From the NCBI GenBank assembly GCA_963730445.1, contig CAVSRX010000020.1, positions 13,536-77,535 on the forward strand: a stretch of DNA of 64,000 nt, written 5' to 3'. This document shows, one piece after another, positions 22,301-30,275 of the stretch. A model generated the notes under the pieces. The model made no database searches and was not told the origin of the DNA. It saw nothing but the letters and a program-made list of their open reading frames with translations. This stretch comes from Vicinamibacterales bacterium (GTDB lineage Bacteria; Acidobacteriota; Vicinamibacteria; Vicinamibacterales; JAMQPK01). The position numbers and the translations under genes were made by a program. Positions within the stretch are counted from its first letter, which is position 1. Each line of letters opens with the position of its first letter.

Positions 22301-22359
22301 AAAATTGTCAGCGTCTTTCGCATCGTCTGCCTATCGAAACAACAGCGGAGAGATCTCAT
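19303..22359 (-). CDS. DUF1592/DUF1588/DUF1585-type protein with N-terminal cytochrome c motif (PSD1-like)
   Basis: 1018 aa and intact. Has a CVSCHGEK haem-binding motif and a long conserved body typical of the protein paired with DUF1552 in Planctomycetes and Acidobacteria. Confidence 0.85.
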   Translation of the reverse strand: MRSLRCCFDRQTMRKTLTIFFVIVAMLTAGSSRQSAQRGQPNLERQYTDTVRPFTVKYCVSCHGEKGIAAQFDLRPYTTMASVVKDHEHWALVLSKLEAGEMPPAVSAAQPTPAERQAVVAWVDAMRKAEARRNAGDPGLVLARRLSNAEFNNTIRDLTGQDLKPAREFPVDPANQAGFDNSGESLAMSPSLLTKYLQAAREVANHMVFKPQGFAFAPHPMLVETDRDRWAVNQIIDFYKQQNTDYSDYFAAAWRYKHRAALGSPKATLASIAADEDLSPKYLATVWRTLEETKESIGPLAKLQVMWREIPAGSASTARIAADKMRDYVVQLRKKIEFTYTPIRVKGLGETAQPFLMYRNRQYANNRTNFNRAALQVEGEQLSATELAKLQTNAPAGQFDALDNQSRIAADKAAAAKKADPDLQVPAGQRAPYEAAFGRFAAVFPDFFYVSERGRYFPDQTRDTGRHLSAGFHNVMGYFRDDKPLYELLLDEAGQKQLDQMWRELDFVALGLTRTFVQFFLNESGEARGLRRESEGARPADKEITSEPIVLELAEAYRNRIRQLNHAEANKAIDEHFAWVNTELRWVEKAKVESEQTHLNALLDFARRAYRRTLTQAERADLLAYYRTLREKDGLSHEDAMRDALVAVLVSPDFAYRIDLVDANDRVRPLDDFALASRLSYFLWASMPDDELLAVAAKGELKRPEVLVRQARRMLKDSRVRGLVTEFGGNFLDFRRFEEHNAVDRERFATFNNELRQAMFEEPVRFMLDVVRENRPVTDLLFAKHTFVNPVLAKHYGMPEVSGTSDTWVRVDAADKYGRGGLLPMSVFLTKNAPGLRTSPVKRGYWVVKTVLGEHIPPPPAAVPELPRDEAKLDLPLRDLLARHRENKACASCHSRFDSLGLVFEGYGMVGERRSKDLSGRAVDDSATFPGGTTGAGIEGLLAYVRAHRQDDFINNLSRKLLSYALGRSLMLSDDIAVDAMRAKLVKDAYRFDSLIESIVTSSQFRNKRGGEELSAQR

Positions 22360-23434
22360 GTAAATATCGGCGCCAGACCATCCACGTGTGAGCGCCGCCG
22401 GTTTCCCGGAACGTGTGCTTGATTTTGTTGGCGCTCAGAAATTCGGAAAAGCTCTTCGAGCCGGCAAATGCCCCGTCCTCTGTGCCGCACCCAACCCACA
22501 CCAGCTTCAGCTTTTTGTTCGCTTCGTCGGCATTCGCCGCGATCTTCGCGTAGGTCTTCGGAAAGTTCGCTGCGTTGCCCAGCCCGGAACTGAAACCGCC
22601 GACGTAGCTGAAGAGCGGAATGTTGTTGAGGCCGATGCTCAGCGCCTGCCCACCGCCCATCGACAAACCGACGATGGCCCGGCGATCGCGATCGGTGTGC
22701 GCGCGATAGTTCGACTCGATGTAGGGAATGACATCCTCAATGAGGTCTTTGCCGAACTTCGCCGTGTTCTCCGCCTGCGGCCCGTTCGGCGGCACGCCGT
22801 ATCCGAACGGCATGACGACGATGAACGGCTGGATTTTGCCGGTGGCGAGCAGGTTGTCGAGGATGAGATTCGCCCGGCCGAGCCGATACCACGCGTTCTC
22901 GTCGGCGTTGGCGCCGTGGAAGAGATACAGCACCGGATATCGCGCCGATCGATCCTTGTCGTAGCCCGGCGGTGTATACACCGTGAGCCGCCGCACGCTG
23001 TCGAGCGACTTCGAGTGATACCAATGCGTGCGGATGTCGCCATGCGGCACCGGCTGCGCGTCGTAGAACGCGGGCGATGGGTGCCGAATTTCCAGCACGC
23101 TCGTAATCGTGCTCGCCGTCGAGCCTGTCTTCAGCTGCGGATTCGAAGGGTCGATGGTCCTGACGCCGTCAATCGTGAAGTTGTAGTGATACACCTCGGG
23201 AGCGATCGGACCGACCGTCACGCTCCAGACGCCGTCGGCATCCCTGGTGAAGCTTGTCGGCTTGTCGAGAAATTCACCGGAGAGCATCACCTCGTCCGCT
23301 TTCGGCGCGTTCAGGCGAAATGTCACGCGGCCGTCAGGCAGCACGTCGGGAGAGACAATGGCCCGCGCCTGCTGCGCGTGCGCAGACAACGCTGACAACG
23401 CAACGATCAGAACGGCAAGGCTGGTTTGCTTCAT
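22331..23434 (-). CDS. secreted esterase (CE1 / putative-esterase family) with N-terminal Ig/CBM48-like domain
   Basis: Internal Met MKQTSLAVLIVALSALSAHAQQ, then YPVLYLFHGANADENAW and the nucleophile motif GLSMGGGQAL. Confidence 0.8.
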   Translation of the reverse strand: MKQTSLAVLIVALSALSAHAQQARAIVSPDVLPDGRVTFRLNAPKADEVMLSGEFLDKPTSFTRDADGVWSVTVGPIAPEVYHYNFTIDGVRTIDPSNPQLKTGSTASTITSVLEIRHPSPAFYDAQPVPHGDIRTHWYHSKSLDSVRRLTVYTPPGYDKDRSARYPVLYLFHGANADENAWYRLGRANLILDNLLATGKIQPFIVVMPFGYGVPPNGPQAENTAKFGKDLIEDVIPYIESNYRAHTDRDRRAIVGLSMGGGQALSIGLNNIPLFSYVGGFSSGLGNAANFPKTYAKIAANADEANKKLKLVWVGCGTEDGAFAGSKSFSEFLSANKIKHTFRETGGAHTWMVWRRYLHEISPLLFR

Positions 23435-23439
23435 GGTTC

Positions 23440-24602
23440 GACTGGTCGCTGGCGCGGCCGGTCCTACCGGCGGCAGAAATCTGATGCTTGCCGGCGACGG
23501 CACGTCGGCAAAAATTCCGGACGGCTTCAGCCGGCCGTTCGTGTCGTCGATTCTCGACGCGAGCACCTGGTTCGTTTCGGGCAGCGAGATGGCCATGTGG
23601 CCGCCTGACGGCTGCATGCCGAATTCCTTGGGATGCCGTCCGCCCGTGCCTTGCTCTTCGACGTAGCTCAGCGTGCCCTTGGCTTTATCAATATTGAAGA
23701 GCACGACGCTGTCGTGCCCCATGTTCGACGCGTAGAGATATTTGCCGGTGTTATGCACGCGAAGATCGTGAGCGGTATTCGGGCCGTCGAAGTACTCGGG
23801 CACCGTCGACACGCTTTCGATCTCTTTCAACGCGCCGGTTGCCGCGTCGTAGGCAAAGCGTCGTGATGGTGGAGTTCTTCTGATTCAAGACGTATGCGAA
23901 TTGCGCATCGGGGCGAAATGCGATCTGCCGCGGCGCCGCCCCTGCCTTCAGAGAAATGGGCGCGCGCGGCTGCAGCTTGCCGCTCGCGGCATCGATTTGG
24001 AACGTGTGCACCCTGTCCGTTGACGGCTCGCACAGGAACACGAATTTTCCGGCAGGATCGGTGCCCACGCACGCGGCCTTTACGCCCTTCAATTCTGCCG
24101 TTGCCGCGCCGAGCTGGCCGTCACCGGCCACCGGCAGCACTGCGACAGAGCCGTCGCCGCAGTTCGCAACGACGAGATGTTTGCCTTCGGAGGCGATGAC
24201 GAGATGACACGGCGCCGTGCCCATCGACGCGCGCTGATTGAGCAGCTTCAACCTGCCCGTATCGTCGATCGCGAACGCGCTGACCGCGCCGCCCGGCTTG
24301 CCCTCGAACTGATCGACCTCATTCACGGCGAAGAGCAGCCTGCGCGCCGCATCGATTTCGAAGAATGTCGGATTCGCCGTCTCGGCGGCGAGCCCGAGCG
24401 GCACAAGGGTGACGTTCTGAAAGACTTCGGTACCGGCCGACTGCAGGCGGAACAGATAGATGCCCTTGCCCTTGTCGCTCGTGTGCGTGCCGATGTAGAC
24501 GAGCGTCGATTTGCCCTGCAGCGGCGGCGCTTCCTGCGCGCCGACGGCAGTCGCGGCAAGCCCTGCCAGCAGAAGAGCCAGAACCCGGCAGCGAGTGATC
24601 AT
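23440..24602 (-). CDS. 7-bladed beta-propeller lactonase (6-phosphogluconolactonase-like), apparent frameshift, 3' end unresolved
   Basis: MITRCRVLALLLAGLAATAVGAQ...LVYIGTHTSDKGKGIYLF...PCHLVIASEGKHLVVANCGDGSVAV. Shifts at ~23860 into KEIESVSTVPEYFDGPNTAHDLRVHNTGKYLYASNMGHDSVVLF. There is no in-frame stop before the esterase start. Confidence 0.75.
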
Positions 24603-24646
24603 TTCCGGATACTTTACCGGTAAACCCTGCCGAACGGCAAGGTGGC

Positions 24647-25218
24647 TCATCTCGCATTGGCGCGATCGGGATGCCCGGCGCCGAGGTTCTGTCCTGCGAC
24701 GGCGGCCGCGGCGCCCATCGATCCCACCGACGTCCAAGTGATCAGCGAAAACAGCTGCGTGTAGGACACGGCGAACGCCGCCTGCGCGGCTGCGCTCTGC
24801 GGCAGCGATCCGATGAACGCGAGCATCAGGACGCCGCCGACGTTCATGGCGATCCCTTGAATGCCGGTCGGCAGCCCGAAACGGAAAAGCGATCGGATGA
24901 TGCGCCAGTCGGGCCCGAAGCCGTGGCCGTGCGGAAACGAGACGACCCACCGTGCCGCGCCAGAGCTTCCACATCGAGTAGATCGCGACAAGGCCCGAGG
25001 CGATCGCCGTGCCCATCGCCGAGCCCTTCGGTGCCGAACGACGGAATCGGCCCGAGCCCCCGAATGAGGATGACGTTGAACACGAGATTCAGCACCGTCA
25101 TCGACGACGCCGAGCACCATGGGCGTGCGCGCGTCACCCGCCGAGCGCAGCGCGGCGCTCGAGCATGAAGAACAATATCTGGGTGAAGGCGGTCAGCCGG
25201 ACCGTAACAGCGTTTTCA
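24647..25218 (-). pseudogene. MATE efflux transporter remnant (truncated at both ends, frameshifted)
   Basis: Only central MATE segments are present, spread over three frames: LTAFTQILFFMLERRAAL / RSAGDARTPMVLG / MTVLNLVFNVILIRGLGPIPSFGT / MGTAIASGLVAIYSMWKL / PDWRIIRSLFRFGLPTGIQG...AGQNLGAGHPDRA*. The upstream end abuts the MarC stop. Confidence 0.6.
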
Positions 25219-25783
25219 ACCCATTCACCAGCATCTGCACAGAGACCATCACGAGCAGCATTCCCATGAGCCGCTCGATGGCGATAAGGCCGCGCTCGCG
25301 CAACAGGCGATAAAAGAACGTCGAGCTCAGCAGAATCGTCCCGCCGATCGCCCAGGCGATCGTCATCGCGATGAGCAGCGACGTGTTGTCGCCCGGCGCC
25401 CCTTGCTGCAACAGCAGCAGCGCGGCGAGCGTCGATGGGCCGGCAAACAGCGGAATCGCGAGCGGCACCAAAAACGGCTCTCCTTCGAGCGGCTCGCCGA
25501 CGACGCCACCCTCGCGCGGGAAAATCATGCGCAGGGCAATCAGGAAGAGCACGATGCCGCCGGCGATGCTCAGCGTCTCCTGTTCGAGGCGAAGGAAACG
25601 CAGGAGATATTTGCCGAGGAACAGGAACACCAGCAGCACGCCGTAGGCCAGGAGAATCTCGCGCATCAGCACGAGGCGGCGGCGCTCGACCGGAACGGAT
25701 TTGAGGATGGACAGAAACGGCGGGATGTTTCCGATGGGGTCCATGATGAGCAGCAGCGTGATGACGGCGGCGGAGACGTCCAC
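25193..25783 (-). CDS. MarC-family (UPF0056) integral membrane protein
   Basis: VITLLLIMDPIGNIPPFLSIL...LSIAGGIVLFLIALRMIF...PLAIPLFAGPSTL are typical MarC motifs. Confidence 0.85.
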   Translation of the reverse strand: MDVSAAVITLLLIMDPIGNIPPFLSILKSVPVERRRLVLMREILLAYGVLLVFLFLGKYLLRFLRLEQETLSIAGGIVLFLIALRMIFPREGGVVGEPLEGEPFLVPLAIPLFAGPSTLAALLLLQQGAPGDNTSLLIAMTIAWAIGGTILLSSTFFYRLLRERGLIAIERLMGMLLVMVSVQMLVNGLKTLLRSG

Positions 25784-25805
25784 GACACGGGATCTTACGA
25801 TGGAA

Positions 25806-25833
25806 GGGCTTAGGGCTCAGGGCTCAGGGCTCG
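25806..25833. repeat. GGGCTYR heptamer array (4 units)
   Basis: gggctta gggctca gggctca gggctcg. Overlaps the last codons (SPEP*) of the adjacent gene. Confidence 0.7.
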
Positions 25834-26827
25834 TCGCACCATGTAATGCAGATATCGCACTTCCCGATCGTCCAGCCCCTGCGCAAATGTCGTCAGTCCT
25901 TCGCGCGTCTTGATCGTCACACCGCCACTTCCAACGAGCCACCGGACGATCCGCAGTACGGCCTCGGTCCCCGCTCCAACGGGCGGCGCGGCCATCGTCG
26001 GACGCCTCCGCTGAATTTCCTCCGCGAAGGCTTTCGTATCGGGGGCGCTGTGGTCAACGTCGATGATGTCGGCGGCAGGGAGCGACGCAACTGTTCGTGT
26101 TCTCCACACGCGACGCTGCTCGATGCGTATTCCGGCGGTAGACGCCGTTACGGTTGTGCGGCGGCGGCCGGGAATGACGATCGTGACCGTTCCATTGGCG
26201 TCGGTCACGCGTGCTCCGCATGGTGTCGGGCCGCGCGACGATTTCGTCACGATCGTGCTGGAGCCGCGCGCGTAATTGAAACGGCAGATTGGCTTCGGCG
26301 GGGCTGACCTGCACTGCATGCGCGGTCGTGGCGTCTTCGATCTTCAGGCCGAGCAGGCCGCCGATGGCGATCGCCCGCGCTCTCGATTCGCCGTACTTCG
26401 TCGAGCCGAACAGCCGCAGCTGGCTTCGGCCCGGCCCTTCTAGCGTCACCGGATACTGGTCTGCGGTGTCGGAGTCTCCGCGCAGCAAATCGACGCGAAC
26501 GGAGGTGTAGCCGTCAAGGTGGAGTGTCTTGTCGCGCATCGGCACGAGCAGGCCGTACTGCACGAGAGCGGTGCGATCGGCCATGTTGAATGTTGTCCAC
26601 TTCCTGCCGAAGACGAGCGCGCTGCCAATCGCGGCGAACACGACGCCCATCAGCACAAGAAACGGGCGCGCAAGCGGCGAAGGAGTGCGAATCGGAACGA
26701 GGCCGGTGCTCACAAGGATGACGGCCACGCCTGCAGCGAGAAACGGCATACCGAACAGCGACAGGCAGCCGCCGCCTTCGCGAACCTCGAGACGGCCCGG
26801 CGCAATCGCGTGGAATGAACCCGCCAT
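25810..26827 (-). CDS. hypothetical membrane protein, one apparent frameshift
   Basis: The N-terminal part has two TM helices (ORF 26054..26827). The C-terminal part ANGTVTIVIPGRRRTTVTASTAGIRIEQRR...GVTIKTREGLTTFAQGLDDREVRYLHYMV is in ORF 25810..26319. Shift at ~26225. Confidence 0.5.
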
Positions 26828-26846
26828 CTCCTTGTTTATCGGCAGA

Positions 26847-28178
26847 TCAACCCGACTGGGCCCGCGCCAGCAACAACTCCTTCTCGCGCGTATTCTTCGT
26901 CAACGACGCTGCGCGCTCGAATTCGGCGCGGGCTTCGTCGCGGCGTCCGAGCTTGGAGAGCAGATCGCCGCGCACGCTCGGCAGAAGGTGGTAGTGCTTC
27001 AGCGACGGTTCCGCCAGCAGCGGCTCGACAGCCGCGAGCCCGGCTTCCGGACCGAGCGCCATCCCGATGGCGACCGCGCGATTCAGCTCGACGATCGGCG
27101 AGGGGGTGATCTGCGCAAGCGCCGCATAGAGCGCCGCGATGCGCGCCCAGTCCGTCTGCCACGCCACGCGCGCGCGTGCGTGGCAGGCGGCGATCGCGGC
27201 CTGCAGCGCATAGGGCCCGCGCGCGCCGCCGAGCGTCTCGGCGCGATCGAGCGCGGCAAGACCGCGGCGGATCAGCAGCTGGTCCCAGCGCGAGCGATCC
27301 TGATCGAGCAGCAGCACCGGCTCGCCCGACTTCCCCACCCGCGCGGCCGCGCGCGACGCCTGAATTTCCATCAGCGCGACGAGGCCGTGCACTTCGGATT
27401 CCTGCGGCGCGAGCTCGGCAAGGATGCGGCCGAGGCGAAGCGCGTCCTCGCAGAGATCGGGGCGCATCCAGTCGTCGCCCGCGGTCGCGGAATAGCCTTC
27501 GTTGAAGATGAGATAGATGACTTCGAGCACCGACGACAATCGCGCGTCGCGATCGGCGCCGCGCGGCACCTCGAACGGAACGCGCTCTTTCGCGAGCGTC
27601 TTCTTGGCGCGCACGATGCGCTGCGCGATGGTGGGTTCGGGGACGAGAAACGCGCGCGCGATTTCGTCGGTCGTCAGGCCGCCGAGAAGGCGCAGCGTCA
27701 ATGCGGTGCGCGCTTCCGCCGACAGCACAGGATGGCAGGCGGTGAAGATCAGCCGCAGCAGATCGTCGCCCACATCATCATCGAGCGCCGCCTCGATCTC
27801 GCGCGCGAACGACTCCTGCCGCTCTTCGAGGTCGTGCCCCAGCTCCTCGTGCTTGCGATCGAGCATTTTGGAGCGGCGGAAATGATCGATCGCGCGATGC
27901 TTGGCGGCCGCCATCAGCCAGGCGCCGGCGTTGTTCGGAATGCCCGATGCCGGCCACTGCTCGAGCGCCGCCACGAGCGCATCGTGCGCGAGATCTTCGG
28001 CCAGCCCCACGTCGCGCACCATGCGCGCCAGGGCCGCAATAATCTTCGGGGATTCGATGCGCCACACGGCGTCGATGTTAGCTGGGGGCTCTGCCCCCAA
28101 ACCCCCGGCTCGGTCGCTCGCGAGGCCCCTAAGCCCCGCTCCGCTTCCTCGCGCGCGCCGTCGATCGGTAGCCGTCAC
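26847..28178 (-). CDS. ECF-type RNA polymerase sigma factor with long C-terminal (TPR-like) domain
   Basis: Sigma region 2 EDLAHDALVAALEQWPASGIPNNAGAWLMAAAKHRAIDHFRR. Region 4 LTLRLLGGLTTDEIARAFLVPEPTIAQRIVRAKKTL. The conserved C-terminal extension matches the class usually paired with YCII proteins. Confidence 0.85.
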   Translation of the reverse strand: MTATDRRRARGSGAGLRGLASDRAGGLGAEPPANIDAVWRIESPKIIAALARMVRDVGLAEDLAHDALVAALEQWPASGIPNNAGAWLMAAAKHRAIDHFRRSKMLDRKHEELGHDLEERQESFAREIEAALDDDVGDDLLRLIFTACHPVLSAEARTALTLRLLGGLTTDEIARAFLVPEPTIAQRIVRAKKTLAKERVPFEVPRGADRDARLSSVLEVIYLIFNEGYSATAGDDWMRPDLCEDALRLGRILAELAPQESEVHGLVALMEIQASRAAARVGKSGEPVLLLDQDRSRWDQLLIRRGLAALDRAETLGGARGPYALQAAIAACHARARVAWQTDWARIAALYAALAQITPSPIVELNRAVAIGMALGPEAGLAAVEPLLAEPSLKHYHLLPSVRGDLLSKLGRRDEARAEFERAASLTKNTREKELLLARAQSG

Positions 28179-28212
28179 GGCTACCGATCACACCATCTTC
28201 ACTCCGCCTTGT

Positions 28213-28623
28213 CTATGACTTCTGCTTCTCGAGCTGCTTGCCGATTTCCTTGTGGTGCTCGATGGCCGGACCTGGGGCGAAGTCTTCGAGCTCGAAGAAC
28301 GGGCGGAGCTCGACTTCCCCATCCTCGAACGGCACCCGCTTGGCCCACTCGATGGCCTCTTCTTTCGATTTCACCTGGATGATCCAGAAACCGGCGACCA
28401 GTTCCTTGGTCTCGGCAAACGGACCGTCGACGATCGTCCGCTTGCTGCCCGAGTACTTGATGCGGGCGCCCTGCGAGCTCGGCTTGAGCCCGGTCCCGTC
28501 CAGCATGACCCCCGCTTTCACCAACGCTTCGTTGTACTTCGCCATCTCGGCGAGCAGCGTCTCGCTCGGCATCACGCCCGCTTCCGATTCCTTGCTGGCC
28601 TTTACAATCATCAAGAACCGCAT
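28213..28623 (-). CDS. YCII-related (DGPF) domain protein
   Basis: MRFLMIVKASKESEAGVMPSETLLAEMAKYNEALVKAGVMLDG...DGPFAETKELVAGFWIIQVKSKEEAIEWAKR. Lies immediately upstream of the ECF sigma gene. Confidence 0.85.
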   Translation of the reverse strand: MRFLMIVKASKESEAGVMPSETLLAEMAKYNEALVKAGVMLDGTGLKPSSQGARIKYSGSKRTIVDGPFAETKELVAGFWIIQVKSKEEAIEWAKRVPFEDGEVELRPFFELEDFAPGPAIEHHKEIGKQLEKQKS

Positions 28624-28733
28624 GTCCGTCTCCTTATGAGTAATGAACAGGTTATCTGTCCTTCTATATACACGTCGAACGGGGCCCGGCAGAATCGACA
28701 TGGGAGATGTCGAAGATGGGAGACTCGGGCAGA

Positions 28734-29141
28734 TTAGGGCACCAGGACGAATCGTTCGCGATGCGCCGGGCGGACGGCAGCAAAGTGGCGGCGGTCGGTT
28801 GTCGCGATTGACGACACTTTCAGGCGCTCGGCGATCGCAACGAGCGTCGTATCGACGAAGCCGAGATCGCCATACGCTTCCATCAGTTGTTCCGCTCGCG
28901 ACAAGTCGGCCCGGTGAAGGGATTCGACCGCCAGTTCTCCCTTCGCAATCGAACGGACGAACGCGAGCTCGGCATGCGCGCCGATACGATCGCGAAGGAG
29001 ATACGCCACCTCTGGCAGGATCGTCACAGGAGCCAGGAGTGTTTCAGGATGGGCGCGCAGATACGTGCGCACACGCGAGTGCCAGGCATCGCGGCGATCG
29101 GCCAGGGCGTAGAGCACGCCAGTGTCGACCAGAAGGGGCAT
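28734..29141 (-). CDS. vapC: PIN-domain toxin VapC
   Basis: MPLLVDTGVLYALADRRDAWH...FVDTTLVAIAERLKVSSIATTDRRHF carries the PIN acidic residues. Confidence 0.8.
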   Translation of the reverse strand: MPLLVDTGVLYALADRRDAWHSRVRTYLRAHPETLLAPVTILPEVAYLLRDRIGAHAELAFVRSIAKGELAVESLHRADLSRAEQLMEAYGDLGFVDTTLVAIAERLKVSSIATTDRRHFAAVRPAHRERFVLVP

Positions 29142-29143
29142 CG

Positions 29144-29405
29144 CTAGCGGCGCTTGGCCGCGCGCTTTCGGTCCGTGCGGTGAGACCCCTTTGAACAGAA
29201 TCTCTTCGTGCCGTTCGGCCGTGTCGGTGAAGCCGCTGTCGAACGCCGCCGCAAAGGACGGCAGTTCCGCGGCCGGACACTTCTCGGCCATGTACGCCGC
29301 AAGCGCTTCGCGGACCACGGCGGCGGTTGCCTTTCCTTCGCGGCGCGCGTACAGCTGCAGATCGCGTTCGAGCGCTTCGGGAACGAAGATGGTCGTACGC
29401 TTCAT
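29144..29405 (-). CDS. vapB: ribbon-helix-helix antitoxin VapB, apparent frameshift near the 3' end
   Basis: MKRTTIFVPEALERDLQLYARREGKATAAVVREALAAYM. As assembled it reads in frame into vapC. A one-base shift in the AAAGGGG run (~29170) gives ...GSHRTDRKRAAKRR* with TAG (29144-29146) 2 nt before the vapC ATG. Confidence 0.65.
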
Positions 29406-29421
29406 GAACGTATGTTAGCAT

Positions 29422-30275
29422 ATGTCATACCCTGTGGTTGTCCACCTCATTGACGGCACCTACGAGCTCTTCCGGCATTTTTACGGATTCCGCCGGTCGA
29501 ACCTCCCCGACCAGCCGATGGGGGCGGTCTCACGGCGTCCTGGGGACGATCGTCCAGATGCTCCAGGAAGGGGCCACGCACATCGGCGGTGGCGACCGAT
29601 CACGTCATCGAATCGTTCCGCAACGAGCTCTGGCCCGGCTACAAGACGGGCGAGGGGATCGATCCGGCGCTGTGGGCGCAGTTCCACCCGCTCGAGGCAT
29701 CACTCGTCGCGATGGGCGTGACGACGTGGCCGATGGTGGAACTCGAGGCTGACGATGCGCTCGCATCGGCCGCGCATCTCGCGGCGCAGGACGCGCGGGT
29801 CGAGAAGGTGTGCATCTGGACGCCGGACAAAGATCTCGCGCAGTGCGTCTCGGCCGATCGCGTCGTGCAAGTCGATCGCCGCAGCGGCCAGATTCGAAAC
29901 GCCGCGCGTGTCCGCGAAAAATTCGGGGTCGACCCGTCATTCATCCCCGACTATCTCGCGCTCGTAGGGGACGCGTCGGACGGTTATCCTGGCGTCGCGG
30001 GCATCGGCGCGAAAACAGCGGCGCGCCTCATCACGCAGCACGGCCACATCGAACAGTTTCCCGCGAGCGTCATCGGCGAGAACCGCGAGCGCGCGCTGCT
30101 CTTCAAGCATCTCGCGACACTACGAACTGATGCGCCGCTCTTCGAAGATGTCGACGAGATGCGCTGGAAGGGCCCGACGCCGGCATTTGCATCTGCGGTT
30201 GAAAAACTTGGCAACCCGCGTCTGGCGGAGAGGGTCACCCGGCTCAAGTTGTCGGCTTATACTCGATCTTCATGA
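29422..30275 (+). CDS. 5'-3' exonuclease / flap endonuclease (Pol I N-terminal-like), two apparent frameshifts
   Basis: VVVHLIDGTYELFRHFYG / HGVLGTIVQMLQEGATHIG / ATDHVIESFRNELWPGYK...ELEADDALAS...DYLALVGDASDGYPGVAGIGAKTAARLI. Shifts at ~29530 and ~29590. Confidence 0.8.

Noticed and set aside
26529-28382. 617-aa ORF on the + strand
   Set aside because: It is antisense to the ECF sigma and YCII genes, with shadow-frame composition.
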